Source: Daejeonella sp. (GTDB taxonomy: Bacteria; Bacteroidota; Bacteroidia; Sphingobacteriales; Sphingobacteriaceae). Taken from it: a stretch of 53,148 nucleotides of DNA. The position numbers were made by a program, and so were the translations under genes. The DNA lies in assembly GCA_049660965.1 (NCBI GenBank), contig JBASZP010000348.1, positions 1 to 53,148 on the forward strand, in the 5' to 3' direction. Positions within the stretch are counted from its first letter, which is position 1, and each line of letters begins with the position of its first letter. Below, piece by piece: positions 27,557-38,436 of this stretch. A model generated the notes under the pieces. It did not search any database, was not told the origin of the DNA, and saw only the letters and a program-made list of their open reading frames with translations.

Positions 27557-30500
27557 TCAGGAACACCCACCCTGCGTACCGCAGTTCAGGCATTTATAAC
27601 AAGTGCCTGAGCGTACCATAATATGCCCGCAATTGCCACAGGCGGGGGCATCACTCTGTCCGCCGCCGGAAATATCCAAGCCAGGTTTTAGTACTCGGTT
27701 TGAAGCAGGTTTTGTATCCGAAGATGGAGGAACATCAGCGAATGTATTGCTGGTATCTGTGTTCACATCCTCATCTGCCATTTGAGGATTTCCCAGAACA
27801 GCGTTTTGTTCGGTAATTACATGTACCAGGTCAGTGCGGTTCAAATACTCGTAACCCAGCATCCTGAAAATATAATCGATAATGGATGTAGCGCTTTTAA
27901 TATTATCATGTCCGCCTACCATACCCGATGGTTCAAAACGGGTGAAGGTGAATTTATCTACAAACTCCTCCAAAGGAACTCCGTATTGCAATCCCACGGA
28001 AACCGCAATGGCAAAACAGTTCATCAGGGAGCGGAAGGTTGCACCTTCTTTGTGCATATCTACAAAGATCTCACCCAAGGTTCCGTCCTCATATTCCCCT
28101 GTACGCACAAAAACTGTTTGTCCACCAACAGCTGCCTTTTGGGTAAAGCCGCCGCGTTTGCCAGGCAGGTTCTTACGTTCTACAACAGATGAAAGCTGGC
28201 GTTTGAACTTGGTATCTGTAGAGCGTTCCAATATGGCACGGGCCGCTTCCAGTACCTGGTCGGGAGTCAGATCGCTTAATCTCAGATTAGCAGCTTCGCC
28301 TAAAACCTCTTCTACGGTATCTAATTTATCTTCCTTAGAATCGGATGATTTGGTTGATAAAGGCTGGGATAGTTTACAGCCATCGCGGTAAAGCGCATTT
28401 GCTTTTAAGGCCAGTTTCCACGATAATTCATAGCAGTCTTTAATCTCTTCAACTGTTGCTTCGTTTGGAAGATTGATCGTTTTAGAGATCGCCCCGGATA
28501 AGAAAGGTTGTGCCGCCGCCATCATTTGGATATGACCGTGTGCATGGATATAACGCTTGCCTTTCTGACCACATTTATTAGCACAATCAAATATGGGGTA
28601 ATGTTCTTCTTTTAAATAAGGCGCACCTTCAACCGTCATGGTTCCGCAAATAAATTCATTTGCTTCCGCAATTTGCTGACGGTTAAACCCGATGGAACGC
28701 AATAAATTAAAATCAGTAGAATTATACTGTTCCGGTTTAAAACCTAAGCGTTTTAAACAATCTTCACCCAAACTCCATTGATTAAAAACAAAACCGATCT
28801 CAAAAGCGGCCAGTAATGATTTATCTATTTTCTCTAATTCATCCTGCGTAAAACCTTTGGCAGCCAGGCTGTCAAAATTAATATGGGGAGCGCCCTGTAA
28901 TGTTGCGGCGCCCTTGGCATAATTTACAATGGCTTCAATTTCATGCTCTTTATAGCCCTGGTTGCGTAAAGCGGCTGGTACACCCTGGTTAATGATCTTA
29001 AAATAACCGCCGCCGGATAGTTTTTTGAATTTAACCAGTGCAAAATCAGGCTCAATACCCGTAGTATCACAATCCATTACCAAACCAATTGTTCCGGTTG
29101 GGGCAATTACGGTGGTTTGTGCATTGCGATAACCATATTTCTCGCCCAATTCTACCGCTTTATCCCAGGCATTACATGCCGCCGAAAGTAAGTAATCGGG
29201 GCAGTTCTTTTGATCAATTCCCGGAGGGGCTATTTCTAAACCTTCATAAGAACCGGTATTATAAGCGGCGTAACGGTGATTACGCATTACCCGCAGCATG
29301 TGTTGTTTATTTTCTTGGTACTTTCTGAATGTGCCTAATTCCTTAGCCATTTCCGCGGAAGTGGCATAAGCTGTACCGGTCATTACGGCTGTAATGGCGC
29401 CGCCTATGGCACGTGCTTTATCACTGTCATAAGGAATTCCGGCAACCATCAGCATGGATCCTAAATTGGCATATCCTAAACCTAAGGTGCGGTAATCATA
29501 CGATAACTGTGCAACTTCTTTAGACGGGAACTGTGCCATTAGCACAGAAATCTCTAATACAACTGTCCAAATACGGCAGGCATGTTCAAAACCTTTCACA
29601 TCAAAAACCAATGTTTGCGGATCAAAGAAATGGGCCAGGTTAATGGAAGCTAAATTACAGGCTGTATTATCCAGGAACATATATTCTGAACAGGGATTAG
29701 AAGCATTAATGCGTCCGCCTTCCGGGCAGGTATGCCATTCGTTAATGGTGGTATCGTATTGTATTCCCGGATCAGCACAAGCCCATGCCGCGAAAGCAAT
29801 ATCCTGCCAAAGTTTTTCAGCGGATACAGATTTAATCGTCTTTCCATTGGTACGGCTGATCAGATCCCAATCTGTTCCGTTCTCTAAGGCTTTAAAGAAT
29901 GTATTGGGAACACGTACTGAATTGTTTGAGTTCTGGCCTGAAACAGTACGGTAGGCTTCACCTTCATAATCGGAAGAATAACCGGCAGCGATTAAAGCGG
30001 CTACTTTTTTCTCTTCTTCAACTTTCCAGTTTACAAAACCTTCTATTTCCGGGTGATCTAAATCTAAACAAACCATTTTGGCTGCACGGCGTGTTGTACC
30101 TCCGGATTTGATAGCACCCGCGGCCCGGTCGCCAATTTTTAGAAAGGACATTAAGCCGGAAGAATAACCGCCACCGGATAATTTTTCGCTTTCTCCGCGG
30201 ATAGCGGAAAAATTAGTTCCCACACCGGAACCATATTTAAAGATGCGTGCTTCGCGAACCCAGAGATCCATAATGCCGCCATCATTCACCAGGTCGTCAC
30301 TTACAGAAAGTATAAAACAGGCATGAGGCTGAGGCCGTTCGTATGCAGATGTGGATTTGCTTAATTTTTCAGTATCAGGATCTACAAAATAATGACCCTG
30401 TGGTTTACCGGTAATGCCATAAGAACTGTGTAAACCGGTATTGAACCATTGCGGGGAGTTAGGCGCAGCAAGCTGGCCGACAATGGTATATACTAACTCA

Positions 30501-30865
30501 TCATAAAATACGGCTGCATCTTCTTTAGTTGCAAAGTAGTTATAACGCTCGCCCCAGGTTTTCCAGCAATCAGCCATACGATGTGCCACCTGTTTAATGC
30601 TGGTTTCAGATGATGTTGACCCGTCGGGCTGGGGCACTCCTGCTTTACGGAAATATTTTTGGGCTAAAATATCTGTGGCTACCTGGCTCCAACTTGCAGG
30701 AACTTCCACGTCTTTCATTTCGAATACGGCATCGCCCGCAGGGTTACGGATCACGGAGGTGCGCTTTTCATAAGTGAACAGATCATATACATTCACTTTA
30801 TCTTTTGTGAAGTAACGGTGGAAGCTTAAACCTTTTGTAGCAGTTTTTACAGATTTCTTTTTCAT
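27557..30865 (-). CDS. nrdJ: Vitamin B12-dependent (class II) ribonucleotide reductase with fused TSCPD/Zn-ribbon C-terminus
   Basis: [38 protein letters not shown] and YRDG motifs. Confidence 0.96.
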   Translation of the reverse strand: MKKKSVKTATKGLSFHRYFTKDKVNVYDLFTYEKRTSVIRNPAGDAVFEMKDVEVPASWSQVATDILAQKYFRKAGVPQPDGSTSSETSIKQVAHRMADCWKTWGERYNYFATKEDAAVFYDELVYTIVGQLAAPNSPQWFNTGLHSSYGITGKPQGHYFVDPDTEKLSKSTSAYERPQPHACFILSVSDDLVNDGGIMDLWVREARIFKYGSGVGTNFSAIRGESEKLSGGGYSSGLMSFLKIGDRAAGAIKSGGTTRRAAKMVCLDLDHPEIEGFVNWKVEEEKKVAALIAAGYSSDYEGEAYRTVSGQNSNNSVRVPNTFFKALENGTDWDLISRTNGKTIKSVSAEKLWQDIAFAAWACADPGIQYDTTINEWHTCPEGGRINASNPCSEYMFLDNTACNLASINLAHFFDPQTLVFDVKGFEHACRIWTVVLEISVLMAQFPSKEVAQLSYDYRTLGLGYANLGSMLMVAGIPYDSDKARAIGGAITAVMTGTAYATSAEMAKELGTFRKYQENKQHMLRVMRNHRYAAYNTGSYEGLEIAPPGIDQKNCPDYLLSAACNAWDKAVELGEKYGYRNAQTTVIAPTGTIGLVMDCDTTGIEPDFALVKFKKLSGGGYFKIINQGVPAALRNQGYKEHEIEAIVNYAKGAATLQGAPHINFDSLAAKGFTQDELEKIDKSLLAAFEIGFVFNQWSLGEDCLKRLGFKPEQYNSTDFNLLRSIGFNRQQIAEANEFICGTMTVEGAPYLKEEHYPIFDCANKCGQKGKRYIHAHGHIQMMAAAQPFLSGAISKTINLPNEATVEEIKDCYELSWKLALKANALYRDGCKLSQPLSTKSSDSKEDKLDTVEEVLGEAANLRLSDLTPDQVLEAARAILERSTDTKFKRQLSSVVERKNLPGKRGGFTQKAAVGGQTVFVRTGEYEDGTLGEIFVDMHKEGATFRSLMNCFAIAVSVGLQYGVPLEEFVDKFTFTRFEPSGMVGGHDNIKSATSIIDYIFRMLGYEYLNRTDLVHVITEQNAVLGNPQMADEDVNTDTSNTFADVPPSSDTKPASNRVLKPGLDISGGGQSDAPACGNCGHIMVRSGTCYKCLNCGTQGGCS

Positions 30866-30969
30866 TTTATTTGTTTTAAATATCTGCTTTAGAGCAGATT
30901 ATAGCCCTTAAAATATAGAGGCGGGCTTTGATCAAATTTATAAAACTAGGGCTTATATACCCTGATGAG

Positions 30970-31054
30970 TTTTCCACAAATTGTTTGTGTATTCTGATAC
31001 AGGAGCTCAAAAAATATTAAGGGTTTGATTTTAAGAAATTTATCATGTGGATAA
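30970..31054. promoter_or_regulatory. Two DnaA-box-like sites upstream of nrdJ
   Basis: TTTTCCACA at 30970-30978; TGTGGATAA at 31046-31054 (perfect TTATCCACA on minus strand). Confidence 0.65.
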
Positions 31055-31263
31055 CTCAAAAATTGGTCTGTCAAAGATCTGTCAATTATGAAAGCAAGTA
31101 TTTCTGTTTATGTTTTTACTGTAAATTAAAGGCTAATTAAAAACAAGCATCAGCAGGGTTTAGTTATTGGAATATAATGTTTTTTAAATATAAAAGCAGG
31201 TATGATTATGGACTTACCTATTTATATTTAATCAGGCTTAAAATTTAAATTAAAGATATCATA

Positions 31264-31926
31264 ATGAAAAGTATGAAAACACAGAATAATATTCCTCTCG
31301 CCGACAGTTTTATTTTTGACATGGACGGTACCTTATGGGATGCCCTGGATACCTATGTTACCTCATGGAACAATGGATTTATTAAGGAAAATATAGACAG
31401 GGTAATTACCAGTACGGACCTGGCTCCTATGATAGGTTGGGAAAAGTGTAGATCATTGGAGCATTTGCTCCCGGATCATGATCTTGAAAGCCAGGAAAAG
31501 GTGTTTAATACTATCCGCGAAATACAGACAAAACTTCTCTCTGAGGTTGGCGGTGTTTTGTATGAAGGGGTTAAGGAAGGACTGGCGCAATTGTCCAAAA
31601 AATATAAATTATTTATAGTAAGCAATTGTGCTGAAAATGGAATTAAACAGTTTATGGAATGGGCAGGTATAAGCGAATATATTACGGATGAAATGGCGCA
31701 TGGCGTTAATGGTATGCCTAAACATCATAATATTAAAACCTTGATAGAAAAATATTATTTACAGACCCCTGTTTATGTTGGCAATACTGAAACAGACAGC
31801 ATAGAAAGCAGAAAAGCGGGAATTCCTTTTGTGTTTATGGAAGGTGGTTTTGGAGATAAAGAGGATTACGGCCTAAAGTTTGATGATTTTAAACGTTTTG
31901 CTGAGTACTTTATGGTATTGAAATAG
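31264..31926 (+). CDS. HAD family hydrolase (phosphoglycolate phosphatase-like)
   Basis: FDMDGTLWD, VSN and K motifs; motif IV reads GNTETD. Confidence 0.9.
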   Translation: MKSMKTQNNIPLADSFIFDMDGTLWDALDTYVTSWNNGFIKENIDRVITSTDLAPMIGWEKCRSLEHLLPDHDLESQEKVFNTIREIQTKLLSEVGGVLYEGVKEGLAQLSKKYKLFIVSNCAENGIKQFMEWAGISEYITDEMAHGVNGMPKHHNIKTLIEKYYLQTPVYVGNTETDSIESRKAGIPFVFMEGGFGDKEDYGLKFDDFKRFAEYFMVLK

Positions 31927-31952
31927 GAGGTCAATTAATAGCTTCCCATCTT

Positions 31953-33305
31953 TTAAAGAGAAAGGTTCAGGTAGATTTTACGGTTTATCATCTTTAATAC
32001 CGTTTTTTTCAGATCATTCTCATTTAATGCGTTAACATTTACCAAGTAGAAATTCGTTTTTCCTGTCGCGGCTTCCCAACGCCAGTTCAACTGGTTACTA
32101 GTAATCATTTTACCATTATCAAACCACCAGGCTGTGTAAATTTTATCTTTTCCTTTCACTAACAATCCGGTATAAATTTCTTTGCCGGCAAAGTTTTCCT
32201 TTTTTATACTTTTAAACTCGTATCCGCTTCCTTTCCAGCAAACCATGGGGTTATGCTCTGCAGCATAAAAAGGGGTAGACTTAATATAGATCAATGATTC
32301 TTCATTCTCGAATTTGATTACCGTGCTTTCCAAAACTTCTTTATGATAACCTTTCAGTATCATTTTATTATTAGCTGTTGGATCATTGATCTTATCAATC
32401 TTCTTCAGGTTAAACGAAATAAAAAGAATGCTGAGAAAGAGTGAGATATGTAAACCTGTGTATCGTAAATCAGAAATGGCAAGTATGCTTTGCTCTGTAA
32501 CAGATTTGGGTTGTTTTGTTTTTACATACCTGTGGAAATAGAACCTGGATAAAAAAAGAAGGGGAAGTATAACGTACAGTATCAAACAAAGAAAACCAAC
32601 CAGGTCATGCAAAAATACATTGGGCATTATTTTAAAATAAACCAGTAAAAGAATTCGAACCAGATTACACCCGATATTTAAAATGAAAGTCAGAAGCATA
32701 AACAATACTACCCGGGTAAAACCAAGCTGGCTATTTACTTTTTTCTGATAGAAAGCAATAATAAACAGGCAAATAATAAGAGAGGTGCTCAACATCTTAA
32801 GTCCGGCACAAGCCTGATCTACTAAGAAGTCACACCCATTCATGATGATGATGTTGCCTGATGCAACAACGTTTAAACCTGCACCGGATAATATGTTTGT
32901 AACAGCTTCGCTAAGTCCTAAGCGAATAGGGAAACTGATCAGATCACTCATGTATTTAAAGAAGGGTGATACCAGGATGATCAGGAAAAATACCACCAGG
33001 CTTATTTTCCCTTTAAAGTTTTCTATTAACAGCATAACTGTAAAGAATAAGGCAAAAAAGAACATGGTTTTAACAGGCACTATCAAGGCCAGCCCTAATG
33101 TAAGTGCGCAGGGTATGAGGTAACGCAGAGAAAGTTTTCCTTTCTCTATAGTGCAGATGTAGGGCGCTAATGCTAATCCAAGGAAGAAAGTAAAATCCCA
33201 TAAGAAATACCCCCAAACCAGCTTAATTGCGATAAAAATATAAAATAACAGAAGGCTGGTGGGGATAATCCCTGAAAGCGGTTTTTGAAATCTTACTGCG
33301 TACAT
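31953..33305 (-). CDS. xrtN: Exosortase N
   Basis: VDQACAG, NLVRI and H catalytic triad; HNPMVCWKGSG; adjacent to the VIT protein. Confidence 0.9.
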   Translation of the reverse strand: MYAVRFQKPLSGIIPTSLLLFYIFIAIKLVWGYFLWDFTFFLGLALAPYICTIEKGKLSLRYLIPCALTLGLALIVPVKTMFFFALFFTVMLLIENFKGKISLVVFFLIILVSPFFKYMSDLISFPIRLGLSEAVTNILSGAGLNVVASGNIIIMNGCDFLVDQACAGLKMLSTSLIICLFIIAFYQKKVNSQLGFTRVVLFMLLTFILNIGCNLVRILLLVYFKIMPNVFLHDLVGFLCLILYVILPLLFLSRFYFHRYVKTKQPKSVTEQSILAISDLRYTGLHISLFLSILFISFNLKKIDKINDPTANNKMILKGYHKEVLESTVIKFENEESLIYIKSTPFYAAEHNPMVCWKGSGYEFKSIKKENFAGKEIYTGLLVKGKDKIYTAWWFDNGKMITSNQLNWRWEAATGKTNFYLVNVNALNENDLKKTVLKMINRKIYLNLSL

Positions 33306-33306
33306 A

Positions 33307-35844
33307 TTAAAATACCGGCCGGGTAAACCTTGGCTTATATACCAGGTAAATAATAACTGCTGCTGTCAGTATGATCAACATCCATTCATGTGGTTCTGGT
33401 ACTGAACCGGATGATTTCATGGAAGCATTTTTAAGGCTGTTTTTATTTTCCTCAATATCAAAACGTTCATAATCATTTTGGGTTTCCAGAACAATCAGGC
33501 TGGAAACAGGTGAAACTACGTAGGCTTTTTCGGCTTGTTTTATAATATCCGGCTGCACATAATCATTATTAAAATAATTCGCTCCAACTTTTTTCATAAG
33601 ATCATTATAGGCGAACAATCGCAGTAAATGGTCCGGCGCTTTGCCTTGTATTGTGCCCGGAATTTGTTCTATCATCAAACCGGCATGATCAATCACTATA
33701 TGATCAGCATTTTCCTGCGAAACTATAAACTGCTTATTTTTAAGCTGTTTTTTCAGATCAACAATACTTCCATTGTTATAATTAAACACCCTGAATTCTT
33801 TTAAAGCTTTTAAATATGGGGAGAGTTGGTGTCCAATAGTATACAAGCGGATGTTTTTAGGAATCTTAAGATAAGCTGTTAAATTTTCCTGGAATTCCGA
33901 CCCCTTTAAATCATTTAGGTTGGGAGATGTATCTGCACTTTTTGAAATGATAAGAGCCTTTTCAGGATGTGATATTTTATAAAGTGGGAACAAACTAAAG
34001 TTTTGTTTGGCGGTTTGTTTGTAAACTTTATGAATATTACCGTCACTTAACGTAGTTAGTTTTCCATCAAAAACATACACTTTTTTTAGTTTAATACTTT
34101 CCCAAACTTCCATTAATTCAATTTCAGACCATGAGTTATTCAGATCAAGGAATATCGTTTCAGGCTCAAAATGCTCGTATTGGGCAGTATATTCTTTAAC
34201 CCTATAAGTAGAATCGGAAAAAGAAAATGTCTGACCTGAAAGATTGGGGGCTTTACAGGATATTTCCCAGTAAGGCTGATATCCGCGATCAGCTTGGTAA
34301 ACGCCATCACTCACTTCTATATATCCTGTAGGAAGTTTTAGTTCCATAGGTTTTTGGGAGAAAGCAAGTTGTACGCTTTCAGTCGCTCTCATTCCGGATG
34401 GACCATCAAAATAAATATTCTCATAAATCAATTGTTCTCCCTCTTTATGTAAAGGACTGCTAACACCAATTTTAAATTTCCTGTTCTCCTCTGCCGTACA
34501 TGGAAAAACACGAACACTTACTGTATTCCCTTCCTGCCAGTGAATAACTGAAGGGTCTTTAACTTCTACACCAACTATCTCGTTATAGGCAGAATCAGCT
34601 TTAGCTTTTGTAGTTAAATGAGCTTTTTCTTCTTTTCCCTTAATCCATAATGATAAAGATGTAACAACCGAACCTTCAGGCAGATGAAAGGTATAAATAG
34701 CTTCCTGCTGCGACCCTCTCCATGAATGTTCTTGCTTATTTTGTATGGTTAGTATTTTTTCGGTATAAGCTAATCTGAATTCCGGGAAAAGCTTAACATT
34801 ACTTACTACACTTGCCGTTTGTAATTCATCGCCAGACCATAATCTTTCCTGAGCCTGGTGGCGGGAATCATACATGGATTCCAAAATTTTAATACGATCG
34901 TTTGTATCCAGATTGGGTTTTCCGAAAAAAAGAGTCGCAATAACTACAAGCGGATCATGCTTCTTTATTTCATTAAAAGACGAAGAGTTAAAGCCTCCCC
35001 CAAAAAAGCCATTTCTCATATCCGCACTTTTATAAACCAAATCTGTTTTTATAACCCGTTCAGATATAAAGTTTTTAGGGATATTCTGGCTGATAGCTGT
35101 CCATGCCGGAAGCTTTCCTTCTGATAAAGTATTATGATTTAACGCAAAATTTATATCCCTGTTAACAGACCCCCATTGTACCATAAACCAAATACAAAAA
35201 ATCAAGGGGATAAGTAAGCCGGAAAAGAACGCTATTTTCAATGCAGGGTTTTTCTTAATAATTCTATAGGCCATAATCCCGGTTATAATAGCCAAAGCAA
35301 GTGGGATATAGGAATGAAGGGATATTCCGAAAACAAAAAATCCAATACAAGAGACCGGATATAAGGGTGTTAAATATATAGCATAATATAAAAAGAGAAG
35401 AAAAGAAAGTCCCAAAAAGAAAGATACGAGGTATTTAATAAAACCCGGTAATTTATCCCTGAAAATTGTAAGAATTAAAACGACACAGGATAAATTAATC
35501 AATACGCACAACCAGCCAACCGCAGTATCAAATATGTTCATCTCTCTATTAAGAGAAAATGCACTGATGAACCATAATACTAACAGTAATATGGTATATT
35601 CTATCTTGCTTTTAGAAAAACTCCATCTATGTTTTATAAATGAATTGATGATAACCACAAATGAAAAGATCACAGTAATAATATAATTAAGGAAAAAAGC
35701 CCCAAGTTCAGTTCCGTCGGAGCCTCTGTTTACTCCTATAAATCGCTCATCAGATATATAAAATATTAGCGTGGATAAAGTGATGAGGCCTAAACCGATT
35801 GCTATAATAGGATCGCTAAAAATGGTGGTTTTAACTGGTTTCAT
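33307..35844 (-). CDS. XrtN system VIT domain protein
   Basis: N-terminal TM helices, VIT domain (QQEAIYTFHLPEGSVVTSLSLW), C-terminal SGSVPEPHEW-TM-basic sorting signal. Confidence 0.9.
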   Translation of the reverse strand: MKPVKTTIFSDPIIAIGLGLITLSTLIFYISDERFIGVNRGSDGTELGAFFLNYIITVIFSFVVIINSFIKHRWSFSKSKIEYTILLLVLWFISAFSLNREMNIFDTAVGWLCVLINLSCVVLILTIFRDKLPGFIKYLVSFFLGLSFLLFLYYAIYLTPLYPVSCIGFFVFGISLHSYIPLALAIITGIMAYRIIKKNPALKIAFFSGLLIPLIFCIWFMVQWGSVNRDINFALNHNTLSEGKLPAWTAISQNIPKNFISERVIKTDLVYKSADMRNGFFGGGFNSSSFNEIKKHDPLVVIATLFFGKPNLDTNDRIKILESMYDSRHQAQERLWSGDELQTASVVSNVKLFPEFRLAYTEKILTIQNKQEHSWRGSQQEAIYTFHLPEGSVVTSLSLWIKGKEEKAHLTTKAKADSAYNEIVGVEVKDPSVIHWQEGNTVSVRVFPCTAEENRKFKIGVSSPLHKEGEQLIYENIYFDGPSGMRATESVQLAFSQKPMELKLPTGYIEVSDGVYQADRGYQPYWEISCKAPNLSGQTFSFSDSTYRVKEYTAQYEHFEPETIFLDLNNSWSEIELMEVWESIKLKKVYVFDGKLTTLSDGNIHKVYKQTAKQNFSLFPLYKISHPEKALIISKSADTSPNLNDLKGSEFQENLTAYLKIPKNIRLYTIGHQLSPYLKALKEFRVFNYNNGSIVDLKKQLKNKQFIVSQENADHIVIDHAGLMIEQIPGTIQGKAPDHLLRLFAYNDLMKKVGANYFNNDYVQPDIIKQAEKAYVVSPVSSLIVLETQNDYERFDIEENKNSLKNASMKSSGSVPEPHEWMLIILTAAVIIYLVYKPRFTRPVF

Positions 35845-35879
35845 AATTTATAATGTTATTATTTGCTTATATTTAAAAG

Positions 35880-35899
35880 TACTTTGAATAACAAAGTAA
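35880..35899 (-). promoter_or_regulatory. Palindromic operator overlapping the xrtN-system promoter
   Basis: TACTTTG-AATAA-CAAAGTA. Confidence 0.65.
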
Positions 35900-36058
35900 C
35901 AAGTTATATTTGATATAAACAAAAAGAAATTTATTTTTTCTCTGATTGATTCGATCAATCACTCTTACAGATAAAACAGAATTGAATTAAACAGAAAGGG
36001 GGGTACTTTAGGTAGAACACCTAATTAAAGAGAAATTATAAAAGGAAAGGTTTCCAGA

Positions 36059-36877
36059 TCAGGTGTTTCCAATCACCATCAATTGCTCTAAAGTAGGGCT
36101 GATACTTCCACCCTTGGGTTCAAGTGTTACGGCAAAAGCCTGGGCATTTTTTACTGATTTCATTTTTTTCATCCCGGCAGTATTGTCCGAAGAAGAATCA
36201 AAAACACCCAGATCAACCGGTTTCCCGTCTATCATAGCCCATAATTGGTATTGATGACTACTATCATTAGCAGGCATTTTTAAAGAAGACAGATCAATCA
36301 TTACCTCCTCTTTTTGAGAATTAAATGCTACTAACATACTTGCCTGCGGAGCTTTATCAGTTCCTTTGAGCTTAATTAGTTTATATTCTGACGGGTTTTG
36401 ATATACATTTAAAGCGGTATTCGCATTTTGTAGTTCTTTATCAATATAATTTACGCGACTGGAAAATTTCTGATTGGAAGATTGAAGGACTGCGATTTGA
36501 CTATTAGATTCGTTAAGTTTAGTACTTAAATTAATTAATGCAGCAATACTTAGTACAAGTAAAGCAACAGAAGCAGCAAAAGCATATTTATAAAATTTAG
36601 AAGGTGTTACTGAAGCATTTATAGATTTAACAGGAACTTCCTTTTCTACAACTGTTTCTAAAGAGTTTAAAATCCTGTTTCGCATATCGTCTGCCGGATT
36701 AATATTATGAGATTGGGAATATTGGATTAAAGCATGTTCAATTTCATTTAACTCCGCTTTTACTTCCGGATATTGGATCACCATCTTCTCCACCTTGAGT
36801 CTTTCTGCCGGGGATATTTCATCCAGAACATAAAGTTCTAAGATTCCGCTTTCTATATATGTTTTTAAATCTTCCAC
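36059..36877 (-). CDS. Anti-sigma factor (RskA domain)
   Basis: YIESGILELYVL, one TM helix, QYQLWA..PVDLG and AFAVTLEPKGGS.SPT. Confidence 0.92.
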   Translation of the reverse strand: MEDLKTYIESGILELYVLDEISPAERLKVEKMVIQYPEVKAELNEIEHALIQYSQSHNINPADDMRNRILNSLETVVEKEVPVKSINASVTPSKFYKYAFAASVALLVLSIAALINLSTKLNESNSQIAVLQSSNQKFSSRVNYIDKELQNANTALNVYQNPSEYKLIKLKGTDKAPQASMLVAFNSQKEEVMIDLSSLKMPANDSSHQYQLWAMIDGKPVDLGVFDSSSDNTAGMKKMKSVKNAQAFAVTLEPKGGSISPTLEQLMVIGNT

Positions 36878-36878
36878 T

Positions 36879-37430
36879 TTAATTAAATAACTTCCTCAGA
36901 GCAATAATGCTACTCCTTAACCTGGTCTTTACCGTCCCCAAAGGAATATTCAGTTCTTCTGCAACTTCAACATGAGTATAGCCACTGAAATAAAACAAAT
37001 TAAGCACCTCCTTTTGTTCCGGTTTTAATTTCTCTACCAGCTCCTTTATCCCCAGAGTTTCCGGATTCATGCTTGTATTATATTGTTCGTCAATAGATAA
37101 TACGAAATTTTCCATGCCTTCGGTTTTAGAATGATTACGAAAATCTTTTGAACGCGTCTTATCAATGGAAAGATTACGGGCAATATTTACCATCCAGGTA
37201 AACAATCTTCCTTTTGCAGAATCATAAGATTCAAAGGAATTCCATATTTTAATAAACGTTTCCTGTAAAAGATCTTCTGCAAGTTCTGTTTCCTGAATTA
37301 TCCTGTTAATCACTCCAAATAAAGAAGAAGAATACATATCATACAATGCTTCTGCACCTCTTCTATCCTTCCTGCTGATAGCCTGAATAAGGTCAGATTC
37401 AGATAATGAGATTCTAATTTTCCTGGTCAA
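36879..37430 (-). CDS. ECF RNA polymerase sigma factor
   Basis: AEDLLQETF, FTWMVNIARN and IPLGTVKTR motifs; TTG start. Confidence 0.93.
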   Translation of the reverse strand: MTRKIRISLSESDLIQAISRKDRRGAEALYDMYSSSLFGVINRIIQETELAEDLLQETFIKIWNSFESYDSAKGRLFTWMVNIARNLSIDKTRSKDFRNHSKTEGMENFVLSIDEQYNTSMNPETLGIKELVEKLKPEQKEVLNLFYFSGYTHVEVAEELNIPLGTVKTRLRSSIIALRKLFN

Positions 37431-37561
37431 GATGTTAGAGTTTTATGTTACAACTCTGCTAATTTCGAATAATTTTTGATAAAATGGTATGACCAAGAAA
37501 ATATTATTTAAGGATATAAAGAGAATATTAAAATCCTTACAAATACCCTATCTTTTAGTTC

Positions 37562-37602
37562 AAAAAAATACTCCCGAAAATAGATCAGTATTTTAGGGAG
37601 TA
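37562..37602 (-). terminator. Intrinsic terminator after the fasciclin gene
   Basis: TACTCCC...GGGAGTA stem followed by a T tract on the minus strand. Confidence 0.7.
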
Positions 37603-37632
37603 CTATAAGTAATATTAAAAGTTAATATCCCT

Positions 37633-38193
37633 TTATTTTGGTGTTACCACTCCGTCAATAACATGTATTACTCCATTACTTTGAAACACATCTGCGATAG
37701 TAACCATAGCCATTCCACCATTTTCATCTTTTAAAACAAGTTTTTTGCCTTTCATCATTGCCCATAATTTACCACCGCTAACTGTTTTAAACTCTGCATT
37801 ACCTTTACCCATTTTAATTGCTTTCATAATATCTGCTGAACTATATCGGCCAGCTAATACATGATAAGTTAAGATTTTAGTTAATGTAGCTTTGTTCTCT
37901 GGTTTTACCAATGTTTCTACAGTTCCTGCGGGAAGTTTATCAAAAGCTGCATTGGTTGGAGCAAAAACTGTGAATGGACCTGCCGATTTTAAAGTTTCTA
38001 CCAAACCAGCCGCCTTTACCGCAGCAACTAATGTCGTGTGATCTGCAGAATTTACCGCATTATCAACAATGTCTTTTGTTGGATACATTGCTGCACCGCC
38101 AACCATTTTAGTGCCTTTCATTTTTTGTGCGAAAGTTTGTGTGCTAATTGCAGAAGCTACTAATGCAACAGCCAGGATAAGAGTTTTTCTCAT
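37633..38193 (-). CDS. Fasciclin (FAS1) domain protein
   Basis: FTVFAPTNAAF, LTYHV and NGVIHVID motifs; signal peptide. Confidence 0.95.
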   Translation of the reverse strand: MRKTLILAVALVASAISTQTFAQKMKGTKMVGGAAMYPTKDIVDNAVNSADHTTLVAAVKAAGLVETLKSAGPFTVFAPTNAAFDKLPAGTVETLVKPENKATLTKILTYHVLAGRYSSADIMKAIKMGKGNAEFKTVSGGKLWAMMKGKKLVLKDENGGMAMVTIADVFQSNGVIHVIDGVVTPK

Positions 38194-38391
38194 ATTATGT
38201 TGTTAATTTGAGAACATTTACGATTTAAATACAGGTTCAGATTTAGTTAAGCAAAAAAAATGTTAAATATTTTTACCTTAATAATTAAGTGTATAAAGGT
38301 TATTTAACGTTAATAAATTAACATGTGTACAATAATATAAAGTAAACTCGCTTTTTAACCCCAGTACTTCATAAAAACATTAAAAAATAAT

Positions 38392-38411
38392 CTTTCAAAA
38401 AGTTTTGAAAG
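38392..38411. promoter_or_regulatory. Palindromic operator 1 (TTTCA-N8-TGAAA)
   Basis: CTTTCAAAA-AG-TTTTGAAAG upstream of the regulator gene. Confidence 0.72.
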
Positions 38412-38436
38412 TTAAAAAACATATTTACATTTGTAT

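Noticed and set aside
27557..30865. Intein or intron in nrdJ (also checked recA)
   Set aside because: Motifs are continuous, with no C..HN splice or LAGLIDADG signatures; lengths are explained by normal domains
30866..31263. Cobalamin riboswitch or oriC upstream of nrdJ
   Set aside because: No B12-box motif recognised; only two DnaA boxes and no origin-associated genes
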